Part shown: piece by piece, positions 24,371 to 37,420 of the stretch
Layout: each line of letters starts with the position of its first letter
Numbering within the stretch: the first letter of the stretch is position 1
Assembly (NCBI GenBank): GCA_951406725.2
Contig: OX597820.1
Location: 682,001-746,000, forward strand
Length of the DNA stretch: 64,000 nucleotides
Reading direction: 5' to 3'
Origin: Octopus vulgaris
Lineage: Eukaryota
Made by a program: the position numbers and the translations under genes
Notes under the pieces: generated by a model
Seen by the model: only the letters and a program-made list of their open reading frames with translations
Databases searched by the model: none
What the model was told of the DNA's origin: nothing

Positions 24371-24859
24371 ATAGTTTACACTCCCACATGTCTATCAGTG
24401 AGGAAGCAGACAGCCTGGTTGATGTGGGGCCGGACTAAAAGCTCTTAAAGCATTTTGGTTACCCCAAATACATTTAATTCAAAATGAAACAAAACTAACA
24501 GTTAGATGGAAAATGATGTTTATTTTTGTATACTTTCACTTTATTTATATTTGTAAAGTTTTCTGTGTTTTTTTTTTTTTTTAATAGCAAAGTCCTGATA
24601 AATTCCTCACCGTGACACCTTGAACACCGAAATTATATTTCCGATCACATAAACCACTCCGAATATTATTATAGCAAATTTAAAGTCATTTTTTAGTGCT
24701 GCTCCCTCCCCTCTTCCCTTGATGACCTAAGCATATGCTCAATGGTTAATCCAGTACTGAGTATAACTAGTAAAATATTATCAATAATATATTTTACTAC
24801 TGTTGCATTACTAGTAAAATATATCAAAAATGCATTTTACATAGTGAAAATATCTCGCA

Positions 24860-25505
24860 TTGGGCTGTACTAAGCAGTGGTGCAGCCTGCATGGCAGTAG
24901 CGTTACTGATACATGTGAGACTTGGATGGTTTACAAACAGTTGCCAGAAAGCTAAACTGCTCCCACACGAACTACCTGGGAAAGCTGTTGAAAGTCATCT
25001 GGCAAGGCAGAGTCTCAGATATAGAGGTCCTCTCCTGAACTGATCTTCCAAGCATTTACACACTGCCAAGTCAGACGGGCAGGCTACCTTGTTTTTTTAT
25101 GCCTGACATACAACTCCCCAAAAGACTGTTTTACAGTAATCTGGAAGGAGTCAAGTGCATGCAAGGAGGAGAGAAAAAGTGCTTCAAGAACACACTCAAA
25201 GCCTTACTGAAGTTCTTTGAGACCAACCCCAAAACTTGGGAAGCACAAGCACCAAACTGCCCTGCCAGGCAAAACTGCATCAATAGAGGTGTCACCTCGT
25301 ACAGCCAGAACGGGATTGCAGGGGCACAAAGAAAACACAAACTACATGAGTCCAGACCTGACTCCTTGCCTTCAGCCCTGACAGACCACCAGTGCCTGGC
25401 CTGTGGCAGAGCCTTCTAAGTACTATGCATTGGACTGATTGGCCACAGCCAGGCTCACCATGTCCTATCTTCTCTCATTAATGTCCTTGGTCATCGTTAA
25501 CAGCT
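24860..25505 (+). mobile_element. Decayed RTE-clade LINE 3' fragment
   Basis: CETW remnant, MPDIQLPKRLFYSNL.G....GG.KK.FKNTLK and a terminal C..CGRAF zinc-knuckle-like motif typical of RTE ORF ends. Confidence 0.75.
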
Positions 25506-27167
25506 GACAAAATAATAATTATAATATATGTAATTTAAATGCCCACTCTTTAGTCCATCCAAGAAATATTGGCATCTGAGTATCATATTAAATAATTAGA
25601 CACCATAGGTATAGTACTGTGGAATTCTGAGATAAATCTCCTCATAAACTTGAGTTAAATACATTATAGTGGAATGAGATGAACATCATCACTTCAGTGG
25701 CTCATGAAAACAAACAGATGTTTCAACTTTGCTGAGTCTTTTCAACACAGTATGTTTTCTAACAATAGGTATACATTTAGTGTGATACACAATTGGCAAT
25801 TTTAACTTAATGCTCAGTTGCATAAAGTGAGTCTTTCTACAGACTGGCAAGCTCCTGCAATACCAGTGAATGTTTTTTTTTCTTTTTTTGGTGGGTGGGG
25901 AAGGATTCCTGTATATCAAGGTAAAAATTTCATTTAGGTGGGTAAAAATTGAGTGTATGGCATTGACAAGCCTCAACAAAGGTGAACTGCATTGGTTTTT
26001 CTCATGAGTCATGCAGCAACAGTGTTCATCTTACTGATATATATTGCATTCTAACACAGTTCTATGAAGGGATTTTATCTTCAACAATTCCATGGCATCA
26101 TACCTTCTAACAGGGTGTATACATTGATACAAATGGTGATTTTACTCCACTACAATTTCCATTGCAATGCTGCCTCAACAAATTCCATCCAACTCATGAG
26201 AGCATGGGAAAGTGGATGTTAAAACGATGCTGATGAGGATGACTGTGTATGTTTGTGTGTGCATTTGTTACATCACATGAATATTGTAAACAAGCATCAC
26301 CATCACAGAAACAACAAATTTCATTTCTAGTCTTCCGTGAAAACCAAGTTTGGCCAAAAGAAAATATGACCTTGCTTGGAAACAAGCAAAGGATGGGTGA
26401 AAGGAAAAGCATCAATGGATTCTGACTCCTACAAATATAAAAAAATGGATGTTAAAATGATAATTAGAAGGAGGAGGAGGAAGAGATCTGGCAGAAACAG
26501 GGACAATGTGTTGCTATTGTAAATTAATAATGTATTTTTATTAAAAACACATTATAACAAGTACATCAGGCCAACAAAATACTCAGGAAATGGACAGAAT
26601 TTTTGTTCTTTGCTTATTCTTTGTGGTGGTGGGGAGTTGTATATTATTTCAATACTGGAAGGAGTTTATAATTCGAAAATGGTTTTAAGTGTAAAGAAGA
26701 TATAATCTCTCTTGTTCTAATCCTAATGTGAATGTTTCTGTGCATTGGTTTATGTTACTTCACAGAATTAAGCTAAAATGAGAGAGACACAGAGTTTGAG
26801 TGTTGTTGCGGTTGCTTGAAGGCACTGATACCGAGCTAATGCGTGGTGGTGGTGAGGAGGGGGCAGTCAGACTGGTAAATCTGAGCATTAATCAAGGCTG
26901 GTAAATCTGAGTGTTAATTAAGGCAGCTAATCTAATGAAATTGAACTAATGGGTTTTGTTTTATTTCTAATAGGATGCTCTTGGGAATAGTTCCGTGAGA
27001 ACTTGCTGAGAGCTGATAGGCCAGTTGTAGTCAATGAAAAATCTCAAAGGGAATTTGTTAGATTGACAGACCTGTAGAACTATGGCAGCTGGCTGCAAAA
27101 TTTTGTGGCTAGGCTGTGCAATGTTCCCATATAAAACCAAATCACCATATTAACTTTACAATGACTC

Positions 27168-28041
27168 ACATCGTCATCATTATCATCTTCGTTTAACGTC
27201 CACTTTCCATGCTACCATGGGTTGAACGATTTGACTGAGGACTGGGAAACCAGATGGCTGCGCCAGGCTCCAATCTGATCTGACAGAATTTCTACAGCTG
27301 GATGCCCTTCCTAACGCCAACCACTCTGAGAGTGTAGTGGGTGCTTTTATGTGCCACTGTGATAAGGGCCAGTCTTGCGGCACTGGCAACGACCGCACTC
27401 AAATGGTGTTTTTTATGTGCCACCTGCACAGGAGTCAGTCCAGCGGCACTGGCAATGACCTCGCTCGAATGTTCACATGCCACCGGCACAAATGCTAGTA
27501 AGGCGATGCTGGTAACGATCACGCTCAAATGGTGTTTTTTACATGTCCACCGGTACGGAAGCCAGACAGCCGCTCTGGCAGTGATCCCGCTTGGATGGAG
27601 TTGTTAGCGCTCCACTGGCATGGGTGCCAGTCATCGAATTTGGTTCAGTTTCGATTTCACTTGCCCCAACAGGTCTTCGCAAGCAGAGTTTAGTATCTAG
27701 TGAAGAGAGGTTGGCAAGGGTGCCAGTCGTCGAATTTGGTTCGATTTCACTTGCCTCAGCAGGTCATCACAAGCAGAGTTTTGTGTCCAAAGAAGGAAAG
27801 ATATGCATAAGTGGGCTGGCTACATCCTGGTAAAGGCCATGGATTATGGTCTCACTTGTCCTGCTGGGTCTTCTCACGCACAGCAAATTTCCAAAGGTCT
27901 CAGTCACTAGTCATTGCCTCGGTGAGGCCTAATGTTCAAAAGTCGTGCTTCACCACCTCGTCCCAGGTTTTCCTGGGTCAACCTCTTCCACAGGTTCCCT
28001 CAACTGCTAGGGTGTGACACTTTTTCACACAGCTGTCCTCA
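27168..28041 (-). mobile_element. RTE-type LINE 3' end (ORF C-terminus plus complete 3' UTR)
   Basis: Minus strand reads EDSCVKKCHTLAVEGTCGRG.PRKTWDEVVKHD, then the UTR and a (GAT)n tail. Confidence 0.85.
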
Positions 28042-28054
28042 GTTATTCATTTAT

Positions 28055-30990
28055 GTTATGTGTTACCGTGTGTAGCAACCACGATCGAAAACACGCCATT
28101 CTACTTCGTAAAGATAATTGTAATACCCTCTGACAAAACTTAATAAGTAAGTACACAACACATTCCTTGGTTAATGGAAGAGTACCTTTAATGATTTTAC
28201 AAAATGAAAATAGCTGTGTGTCTCCTTGTCGTAAATCTGTGTGTTACCATGTGTAGCAACCACAGTTGAAAACACACCATTCTACTTCATGAAGATAACT
28301 GTAGGTACATCCCGAATTCTAGAAAATCCATACACACAGTTTTATATACCAGCACGCACCACACACGAATATATACACAAACCGAATTTAAATCATACTT
28401 TCTTCTTCACCAACCATTGTATCCTTACATCTCTTGATTGTACATATAATTGTATCTTTTTGTATACACACATGCAATGAGGAAAGTGGGAACAGTTAAC
28501 AACAACAACAACAACAAAAAATAAGATATTATTTATTTATCGCCCTACCAAGTGCGCGCATTATAAACACACCAACCATTGACTCCTTACATCTCTTGAT
28601 TACACATATAATTGCATCTTGTATACACACATACAATGAGGAAAGCGAAAACAATAACAACAAAAAATAAAAACATCTTATTTATCTCCCTAACAAGTGT
28701 GCTATATCTTCACTTTTTTTTACTTTGTTTACCTTATACTACGGTACGGATGAGCAGACAGAACAAAACTGCCACGGTATCATCCGTGGATGAGCCGTGC
28801 GACAAAACTGGTCGCTGTCCTAAAATAGAATGTTGCCCGGCAAATCACATCTGTCATCTATGCACAAAACTCGAAAATTCCTTTCAAAATAGATAGGTTG
28901 AATGCAGAAAATGTCGTGTTTCAATCTGCTTTCAATGTGCCACAAACTTTCAAAAGATCCCAGGTCAAAAGAAAGGACACCATACTTCTATGATGGATAA
29001 ACTCTGGGAAATGGTCCAGCTACCAAACTGGTCATTTCAGTGCCTGACTTGTGTGTCCCCTGCTACCATTGCTGCTGAACAGCAAAAACCGACTACTTTG
29101 TCTCCCAAAACCAGTCCTGTTGATGAAGAACAACAGCAAAAATTAAAGCCGCCGCCCGTATCTTCCTCCCCTGTCACTCTTCAACAACAGCAACAAAAAT
29201 CAGCCATTCCTGTTGAAGAACATCAACAAAAACAGAAACGTAAGCCCCCTGTGTCTTCTTCCCCTAGTGCTCTTCGACAACAAAAATTGATCATTCCAGT
29301 CGAAGTACATCAGCAGGAACAAAAGCCAAACATGCCCTCCTCTCCTGATACTTATCAACTAAAGCAAAAATCGACCATAAGCACAGAAGTTGCAGAAATT
29401 AGACAAATGATTTCTGCTTCAAGTTGCAAAATAGCAGGAATCAAAACCAGCATCTGTGCGAAACCTCACAGCGAGAGGTCGTATTGGAGTGCCTTGCTCA
29501 GCAACTTACCTGTAGCTCGTACGGAACCTCGACGCATTGAGGAAGTTGCTGAATCAACCACTCATGAGGTAATTGCCATCGGAGTGCCGGAAGATGTGGT
29601 TGATCTGCAGGCATTCACTGGAAACACATCTAAGGACCTCAGCTGTGTTCCTCCAAAAAGTGCTTTCCGCCTTGGCCGACCAGGATCCAAACCCCGACTG
29701 ATCAGGCTGATGTTTTCAAACTCTACTGAGGCACGGGCATACCATCTGACTGCTGATAGGGCTCGGCGCGAAAACAGAATCACCTAAGGACATGTCCTGG
29801 CCTACCACCTGATGTACGCCCAAAGCTAAGATCTGTAGCTTTCCTAAATTGCAACTCTGTGCCACAGGAAAGCTTTAACCTACGCGGTGATGGGCAAATA
29901 TGGAAATTTATCAAGTCTAGTGAGTCGTGGATAAGGGATACCAGTTGGACTGACCAGACTGCACCCACAACAACAACTGGCAATACAAAAATCTTGGGAA
30001 ACTAACCAAGAACAATCAGCCATCTCCTGTATATCATCGCCATCTGAAATCCAAATACAAACTGCTGTCCTTGAATGCCCGTACTTTATGTAACAAGATA
30101 CATCTTTTTGACTCTTACGTCAAAAGTATCGACCCAGATTTCATCACAGTCACAGAAACATGGGCACATTCTGCACTCTGTATGGGGTTTTCAGCATATC
30201 CAGCTACAACCTGTTCCGCAAAGACCGCATTGATCTCTGTGGAAGGAGTGTGATGGTTTATGTTCGATCAAATCTATCGGCAATTCCTTGTGATGATTTG
30301 AACCAATCTCAGCAGGAAGTATTTTTCTGCAATATACACATGACCATGTCAACACTTCTGCTTGGAGTTGTTTACCCACCCCCACCCCCAATTATCATCA
30401 AGACACACGACTTTTTGATATCCTCAGAGCTGCTGCTTTGAAAACAGCCACTTATGTTTATATTGCAGGAGACTTCAATTTCCCTGAGATTGACTGGGAG
30501 GCCTTCCGTTGGTCGCAAAGTGCAGACGATTTCCTTGAACTGGTGCTGAATTCAAATTGGTCCCAAGTCATTACCTCCCCCACAAGGGGTAACAACACTT
30601 TGGATCTGCTACTTACCACTTCTCCTGAAACAATTATCAGTGTCACTACTGAAGAACCTTTAGGTGACTCTGATCATGGCCGACTTGTCTCTGATTGGTT
30701 ATAACAAAAACCACAACCATCTTCAAACTGCCTGCTTCGACTGGAATAAAGCAGACTGGAACTCTTATTGTACTGAGCTGCAACGCCCAAACTGGCTCGA
30801 ATTTTATGCCTCTGGAGATGTGGACACTATACTACAGAACATTCTGAATTCAATATGGGCGGCATGTGCAGCATCAATACCACACAAGCACAAAAAACCA
30901 CCAAATAGTGCAATTTGGGAGACTGCAGCAGTCCGACTTGCCAGGAAAGGACGCCGTAATGCTGAACAGGAATACAAATTGCACAAATCC
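28055..30990 (+). mobile_element. 5' half of CR1/L2-type LINE: repeated 5' UTR, ORF1 and APE endonuclease
   Basis: Cys-rich ORF1 start (~28750) and ORF 28990-29787 with FRLGRPGSKPRLIRL. Frameshifted endonuclease with LNARTL, VTETW, FRKDR, GDFN, PTRGNNTLDL and SDH. Truncated at ~30990. Confidence 0.8.
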
Positions 30991-33900
30991 GTCCTTCCTG
31001 GGATGGCACATGTCTGTGCTTCTCCCACCAGGTCACCCACGACAACCCTAACTCTCTTCGCAAGCACCTTGGCCAGAATCTTTAACTCTGTGTTTAACAG
31101 AGTTATGGGCCTAAAGTTATTGACGTTATCCCCCTTGCTCGGGTCCTTCCTGATCAGTGTCACCACTCTTCGGCTTACAGCTTTGGGAATCCTCCCATTC
31201 TGCTGGTAATTCGTGTACATACTGGCCAGTACGTTCTTGAACAAGTCTGGCATGCTACTAAAAAATTCGTAAGGAAGACCATCCAGACCCGGCGACTTGT
31301 CCCCAGGGCACTCGGACACCTCTCTGACCTCCTTGGCCGTGATTGGTCCTTCGCAGCACTCAGCATCATGGGCCGAAAGACTCAGGCCGCCAGCCAGAAT
31401 ATGCCGTAAGGCATCTCCATGGTCCAACGTCCCGCTCCTCCTGAACAACGCGGCAAAGTGCTTGTGAAAGGCCTTGCATATCTCTTCTTGTCCTTGGATC
31501 TCCTGTCCGGACTCATCTGCCAAAGACCCAATCGTAGCATCGATGCCACATCGGGTTTCTTCCGAGCGAGCCCATCTGGCAACATTGATACCTTCACGGC
31601 CCATTGCACGTATCCTAGCCCGGACTCTGCATCCCTCGTGCTTGGCATTGAGATGTCGGTCCAAAGTCGCTCTCGCTGCCAACACTTGTGATACAGGGCC
31701 CGATCTCAGTGCCTCTTCTAATGTCTTAACTAGATCCCTTTCTACTCTAGTCTGCTCTAGACTTAACTACTTGCTAAATCTAATTGACTCAATTCAAAAG
31801 GCTCTTTTGAGGGCACTCCACCACCGGTTGTTAATCACCGCGCTGGTTAGTGCCCTCTTAACTAATACCTTAAACTTGCTACAGCATGCCTCACAATCCA
31901 ATAGTGTCTTGTTTAGCTTCCAATAACCAGATCCCTGTCTATGTACCTTATCTATATGCACTCCACATGTCACTAATTTGTGATCCGTGTAGGGTACATA
32001 GGTAAATTGTGGACAAGTAAAACTAGACTTATCTCTAATACTCACCACTATCCTGTTTATATAAGACCTGATCAATCCATTGTTTCTTGCCCAAGTCCAC
32101 ATTGGAACACTCGGATGATCAAGTCTATATCGATCTGCCAGCCTGAATCGCTTCATGATGAGGCATGAGTTACCCTTTCTATCTTTCGAGCTAACGCTAT
32201 CCAAGCGTGCATCCAGTATAGTGTTAAAGTCGCCTAACACAACTACTGTCCTCGATGTCACCAGAAAGTTCTCCAGGCGTCGAAAGAAGTCAACTTGTTT
32301 TTCTGCATTTCCAGGCGCGTAGATGCCAACCAACCTGAAGGCCTCACCACTGTACGTTAGATCCAGAACGACTGACTCGCCTTCCAGGTCCGCGAAGATT
32401 GTACGTGTCTGCAGAGCCAGGCTTTTCTGGATCAAGACTGCCACGCCTCTACTCCCTCCCTCCTGGCTAGAAGAAATTATTTTCTCGTAGTCGTTCAGGA
32501 GGGTCGAGAAGGCCTGCAGCTTGCCCAACCTGGTCTCTGTAGCAACCATCACATCTATTCTGTGTGACCTGAGATTGTCGACGAGGCAAGCCTGCTTCCT
32601 CTTCAAGTCCAGGCCACGAACATTCAAACATGCGATCCTTAACATGGTCATCCTACGTTATGCGGGAAAAGGAAATACACTTACCATTCCTTTGTATTAT
32701 TTTATCTTTCAAGGGGAATGGTTCTCAAAATATTTGAGACCATTTTCCGGCTTTCGTCCTTTTCTTCCAGGGTGGGTTCATCCGGCGGGTCAAACACTTT
32801 TTAAAAATCTTTTAGTGCCCCGATATCGTTAGGATGTAGTTTTGTTAAGTCAAAAAATAAAGTTTTAGGAATCTTTGCTATGGTCATGGGGCTGGTTTTA
32901 TAATTGTTAATGTATATCGATGTACCTCGATGGGGTCTAATGACCCCATCTAGATAGATGTTTTTAGTTTTGTATGCCACTGTCACCGAGTCTTTGTTCT
33001 GGGGGATATCTATAGGTATATCTATGAATGATTGTCCTTTTTTCTTTTTTTTTTCTTTCCAGTTTTGGTACCTTTGTTTTCGGGGCCAGTGTCTTTGTTG
33101 GAGAATCTGCATTCTTGGTTCTTTTCCTAGAGACTGTATGAAACCCTTCGTTTGTATCCTGCAAACTTGTTTCTTCTTCACGGTCTGTAATCTGTTCGTG
33201 TGTTGGCTGGTGAGAGGTGGTTGCTCCCTCGTTGATAGCCTCTTTGGCCGGGAGTGCCCTCCTAGTAATGGCCTCCGTGGCTGGGAGTGCACCATCTTTG
33301 GTTTTAGCTGAGTTTGTTTTTCGTTTTGCCTCCTCCTTGTCCACAAGTAACACCTCTTTTCTGAAAGGATTTTGCCTGTTTTAGTTATAAAGCTCCCCTC
33401 ATGGGGGTCGGCTTCCTTGGTGATGGTAGTGGTGGGCTGGTTCATTTTTTTTTTGTTTTCTGGACACTTTTCTTTTATGTGCCCTTTTTTTCCACATTTA
33501 TAACAACGTGGCTTCCTGCCCTCTACATTGATGGAGATATTTATATCATCCATGACAATTACCCCAGATAGTTCTTCGAGGTCATTTGTGGTAGCTTGGA
33601 CCAGGATCTCGAGGGTCTGGTCTCGTCTCGCTAATTTTGTGGTCCGTCTCTTGTTATTTCAATTATTCTAATTTTATCTTCTCTCTTATACAACAGCATG
33701 GCCACAATCCATCCCACCTCCATCACAGGAGGGATATTTTAAATTTTAATTCGGGACATCCTTCGCCCCAGATATAGGGGCAACAACAAAATATTGCAAC
33801 TTTGCAAGGTTCGAGTCGAATATTCTCTTGCACGTTCCGTTGACTCGAACCTTGCTTCTATTGTGGTGAATTTATTACCTCTTGTTAGATATTTTATTTC

Positions 33901-34410
33901 TTTTAATGTCGCACCAAGACATCTCTCTATAGTGCTCTCTTCCGGGTGTTCAAATCTTTTACTTTCTGCGTTATAACTTTTATATATTATGGTTCTCTCT
34001 TTGATTTTGTTTTTGAGTTTGTTGGGTGGTGTTATTTTTGATACGCCATTACTTTCGCTTATCATTCCGAAGCATGTTTGGATTTCTTCTATTTTTATGC
34101 TTATTTGTTTACGACTGCCAATGGCTGCAGCGAAATTCATTTTTTGGTTTCCTTCCATTGAAGACATTTTAACACAATTTTTTCCGTAAAAATGGCAATT
34201 TCCCAAACAGGGACACAGTTCAATTTTTACACAAAAAAGTTCCTTCAAAGGGGGAGGGTTACGGTTTACAATATTTAACCAAATGCAATACAACAACGCT
34301 TCCCTTACGGGAAACCAACAAACGTGATAACAACAGTAATAATAGTAACAAACCTTGCGGTTAAACAAGAAGCAATACTCCGTAGACGCGTGTGTGGGCT
34401 GAAGTCGAAA
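30991..34410 (-). mobile_element. 5' part of Tx1/L1-clade LINE: ORF1 with CCHC knuckle, endonuclease, start of RT
   Basis: ORF1 pieces with CYKCGKKGHIKEKC. ORF2 has LNVRGL, GDFN, YTDH, WKLN, KSPGLDGLPYEF, NFRPITLLNTELKILAK and QTCAIPGR, then breaks off. The 5' boundary is approximate. Confidence 0.88.
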
Positions 34411-34966
34411 GACAAAGAATAGTGAAAACAGGCTTATTTAAGGAGTTAAACTGGCTCAAAGACGGGCATCTTAGGTAGGCCTTATCCGAAGGCCGTGATT
34501 GGTTGGCTTTACACTCTGGCACGAAATAAGTAGAGAGACAGACTGTGCTAGATGCCAACCAATCAGGGTCAAACTAGCCAAAGATGGTTGTAATCTCAAA
34601 CGAGATCATTCTTAATGTGTTTCTCAAACATTGAGGATATCAATATGGCTACAAGAGAGATTGCAAGCCAGAGTGACTGAGATCTTCTTTCAATGCTAAT
34701 ATTCAGGTAAGAAGAGTGGTAGGAGCAACTGAATTCTATGCATACGTACACTCACACACTAGCCCTGGTTACCATAAATGTTACATCATTATAATCAATT
34801 GAATTGATTCCAGTACATCACTAGGATCTTTTCGGTTTGAACGGCAGTTTTTAACATAATTTCTAGGTAACTAAAAATATTTTAAACTTTGTATAATGGT
34901 AGAATGTGTTTATAAAACATCATTTTCTCTTGGCTTTCTTGAGAAAATTCTGTAGTTTATAACATA

Positions 34967-36477
34967 CTAGCATTATGACCTGTCGTTGCCGGGTCATAGT
35001 GCTAGTGCATGTATATATGTGTATATATATGTGTACACATTACATGTACATCTATATATATATACATCTACACATAAAATACAAAATACAAAGTTATATC
35101 TTGATATCGCTAGTGATAACAATACTCAAAATATATAACAGACTGGAATTGTAGGCCCGTCTCTTGCAATTTCGATCAATTGTATCTTGTCCTCCCTCTT
35201 GTATAGAAGTGTGGCTACAATCCAGCCTACCTCTACTTCTGGGTTAACATTTTAAATTTTTATCTGGGACGTCCTACGTCCCAGATATAAAGGTAAAAAT
35301 AAAATATTTCCACTTTGCAAGGTTCGAGTCGAGTACTCCCTTGCACGCTCCATTGACTCGAACCTTGCTTCTATTGTGGCGAATTTACCGCCTCTGGTTA
35401 GATATCTTTCATAGTCGCACCAAGATACTTTTTGATGGTGCTTTCCTCCAGGTGTTCAAATCTTTTTTTTCCCTCTACATTGTATACTTTATAGACAATA
35501 GTCTTTTCTTTAATTTAATTTTTCATTTCGTTTGGTGGTGTTATCCTAGATTCACCATCTTTGTCGGTGATCAATCCGAAATAGGTTTGTATTTCTTCCA
35601 TTTTAATTTTAATGAGTTCGCGCCCGCCGACTGCTGCAGCGAAATTATTTTTTGGACTTTCTTCTATCGAAGGCATTCTAACAAAAATGCTTCCGTATAT
35701 ACGATGAAAATATTGTCAATTTCCCCAAACAGGGACACAATTCAATTTTTAAACAATAACCAAAGCTCCTTCACCCAAAGGGGGAGGGTTACATTTTACA
35801 ATTATTTAACAAATGCAACACAACAACGTTGTGCACAACAAACGGTATGTGCACGGCTCCATCTGGACTATTCCAGTTTAGCACGCTAATTATATTTTTG
35901 ATTTATTCCCATTCATGTGAAACCACTTATTCAAGTTCAAGTCAGTGATGCAATTTTATACCAATTGCTATTTTTACTTTTGTTATGTTACGATTATATT
36001 ATACTTTAGTTTGATTTTAATTATTACTTACTACATATAATTAAATTGTTATTATTATCTCTAATTTTTATTGTTAAAGTGAAAGTATCTGACATAAAAT
36101 AGAGAAATGTTTTTGTTTCACTTTTAACACGTAATACTGAAATAGTGGAGAAGATATGATATTGCTATGGGCTCGCCCTAGGCAAAAAGTTGAACATTTT
36201 TTATGCTCATGAAACTACATGGACCCTAAGTAAGGTATGTGTAAAATTTGAATGAAATTGGCTGTGTAGTTCTCAAGTTTTAGGGAATCGTAGTGGAGAA
36301 GATATGATATTGCTGTGGGCTCGCCCTTGGCAAAAAGTTCAAGATGTTTTTGCCGATGACACTCCCTGGACCCTAAGTAAGGCATGTGTAAAATTTGAAT
36401 GAAATTGGTTGTGTAGTTCTCAAGTTTTAGGGAAACACACAGACAGACACACATTCTCAGTTTTATATATAGAGAGA
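34967..36477 (-). mobile_element. Non-autonomous Helitron inserted in the MITE arm
   Basis: Minus-strand 5' A|TCTCTCTATATATAAAA and 3' hairpin with CTAG|T. Removing it restores AACATATTTCG, matching the opposite arm. Internal ~143-bp duplication at 36140-36435. Confidence 0.8.
35135..35888 (-). pseudogene. 5' UTR/ORF1 fragment of Tx1/L1-type LINE inside the Helitron
   Basis: Aligns by eye with 33650-34320 (CTTTGCAAGGTTCGAGTCGA, TTGACTCGAACCTTGCTTCTATTGTGG, CCAAACAGGGACACA). Confidence 0.8.
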
Positions 36478-37344
36478 TTTCGCCTTTAATTTCTTGCATT
36501 TCGGCAATTTTAACCAATCACTGGCGTCTATTGAGTTAAAAAGCATTCTGTGCTGTATGAATATGTCCCTCATTTAAGAAACACATTGGGTTTATTTACA
36601 TTTGTGAAGAAAAAAAAAGATACCTACGCGTTTTCTAGCGGTGTCATACGAAATTGTCACCCATAATTATGACCCTAGAATCGATCTATTGCATTTCAAT
36701 CTATTTTAGATTTAGGGTTAATTAGGGTTAGGATTAGGGGTGGGGGAAGGGTATTTGTTTTTCTTCACAATTGTAAATAAACCCAATGTGTTTCTTAAAC
36801 GAGGGACATATTCATACGGCACAGAATGCTTTTTAACTCATTAGATACCAGTAATTGGTTAAAATTGCCGAAATGCAAGAAATTAAAGACGAAATATGTT
36901 ACAAACTACAAAATTTTCTCAAGAAAGCCAAGAGAAAAAGATGTTTTATAAACACATTCTACCAGTATACGAAGTTTAAAATTTTTTAGTTACCTAGAAA
37001 TTATGTTAAAAACTGCCGTTCAAACCGAAAAGATCCCATCACTAGAACCTATTCTAGGGATACTTTTAGAAATAAGAGGATAAAGCACTGAAAGTATAAA
37101 TTTAACTGGGAATATATAAAAAGAGAAAACAGTTATTCATTTTAGTTGAATCCCTAACATTATTCGTTTCTATATGATCAGGTACAAATACAGAACACTC
37201 TACAGGATTGATTATCAGACAAGATATCTGCTAAGCCATGAAAAAAAACAACAAATAAACAAGAACAAGGGTCAATGCTAATATGAAGCGAAATCTATTC
37301 ATGTGCAGATGTTATAATAAATTTGATTTGTCCATATGTCCTTT

Positions 37345-37420
37345 ATTTCGACCAATCAAATGAAGCCTTGTATAGGTGTCAGGAGTGAGCCATAATGGCG
37401 TGTGTAAACATTCTTCCGGT
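37345..37420 (+). promoter_or_regulatory. Candidate FNBP4 promoter / non-coding exon 1
   Basis: CCAAT (~37352), YY1-like AATGGCG (~37394), CTTCCGG and a possible donor CCG|GTATTT. The first coding exon has an upstream acceptor, so a 5' exon must exist somewhere. Confidence 0.3.

Larger units (their letters stand above)
34824..37036. mobile_element. Palindromic MITE (GGATCTTTTCGG family, Merlin-like) with ~290-bp inverted arms
   Basis: TIR GGATCTTTTCGGTTTGAACGGCAGTTTT with a perfect 8-bp TSD CATCACTA (34816-34823, 37037-37044). The left arm is split by a Helitron. Confidence 0.88.

Noticed and set aside
36711-36740. Interstitial telomere (TTAGGG-like)
   Set aside because: Only a few degenerate units, internal to the MITE. 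The same block appears in the other copy near 23750.
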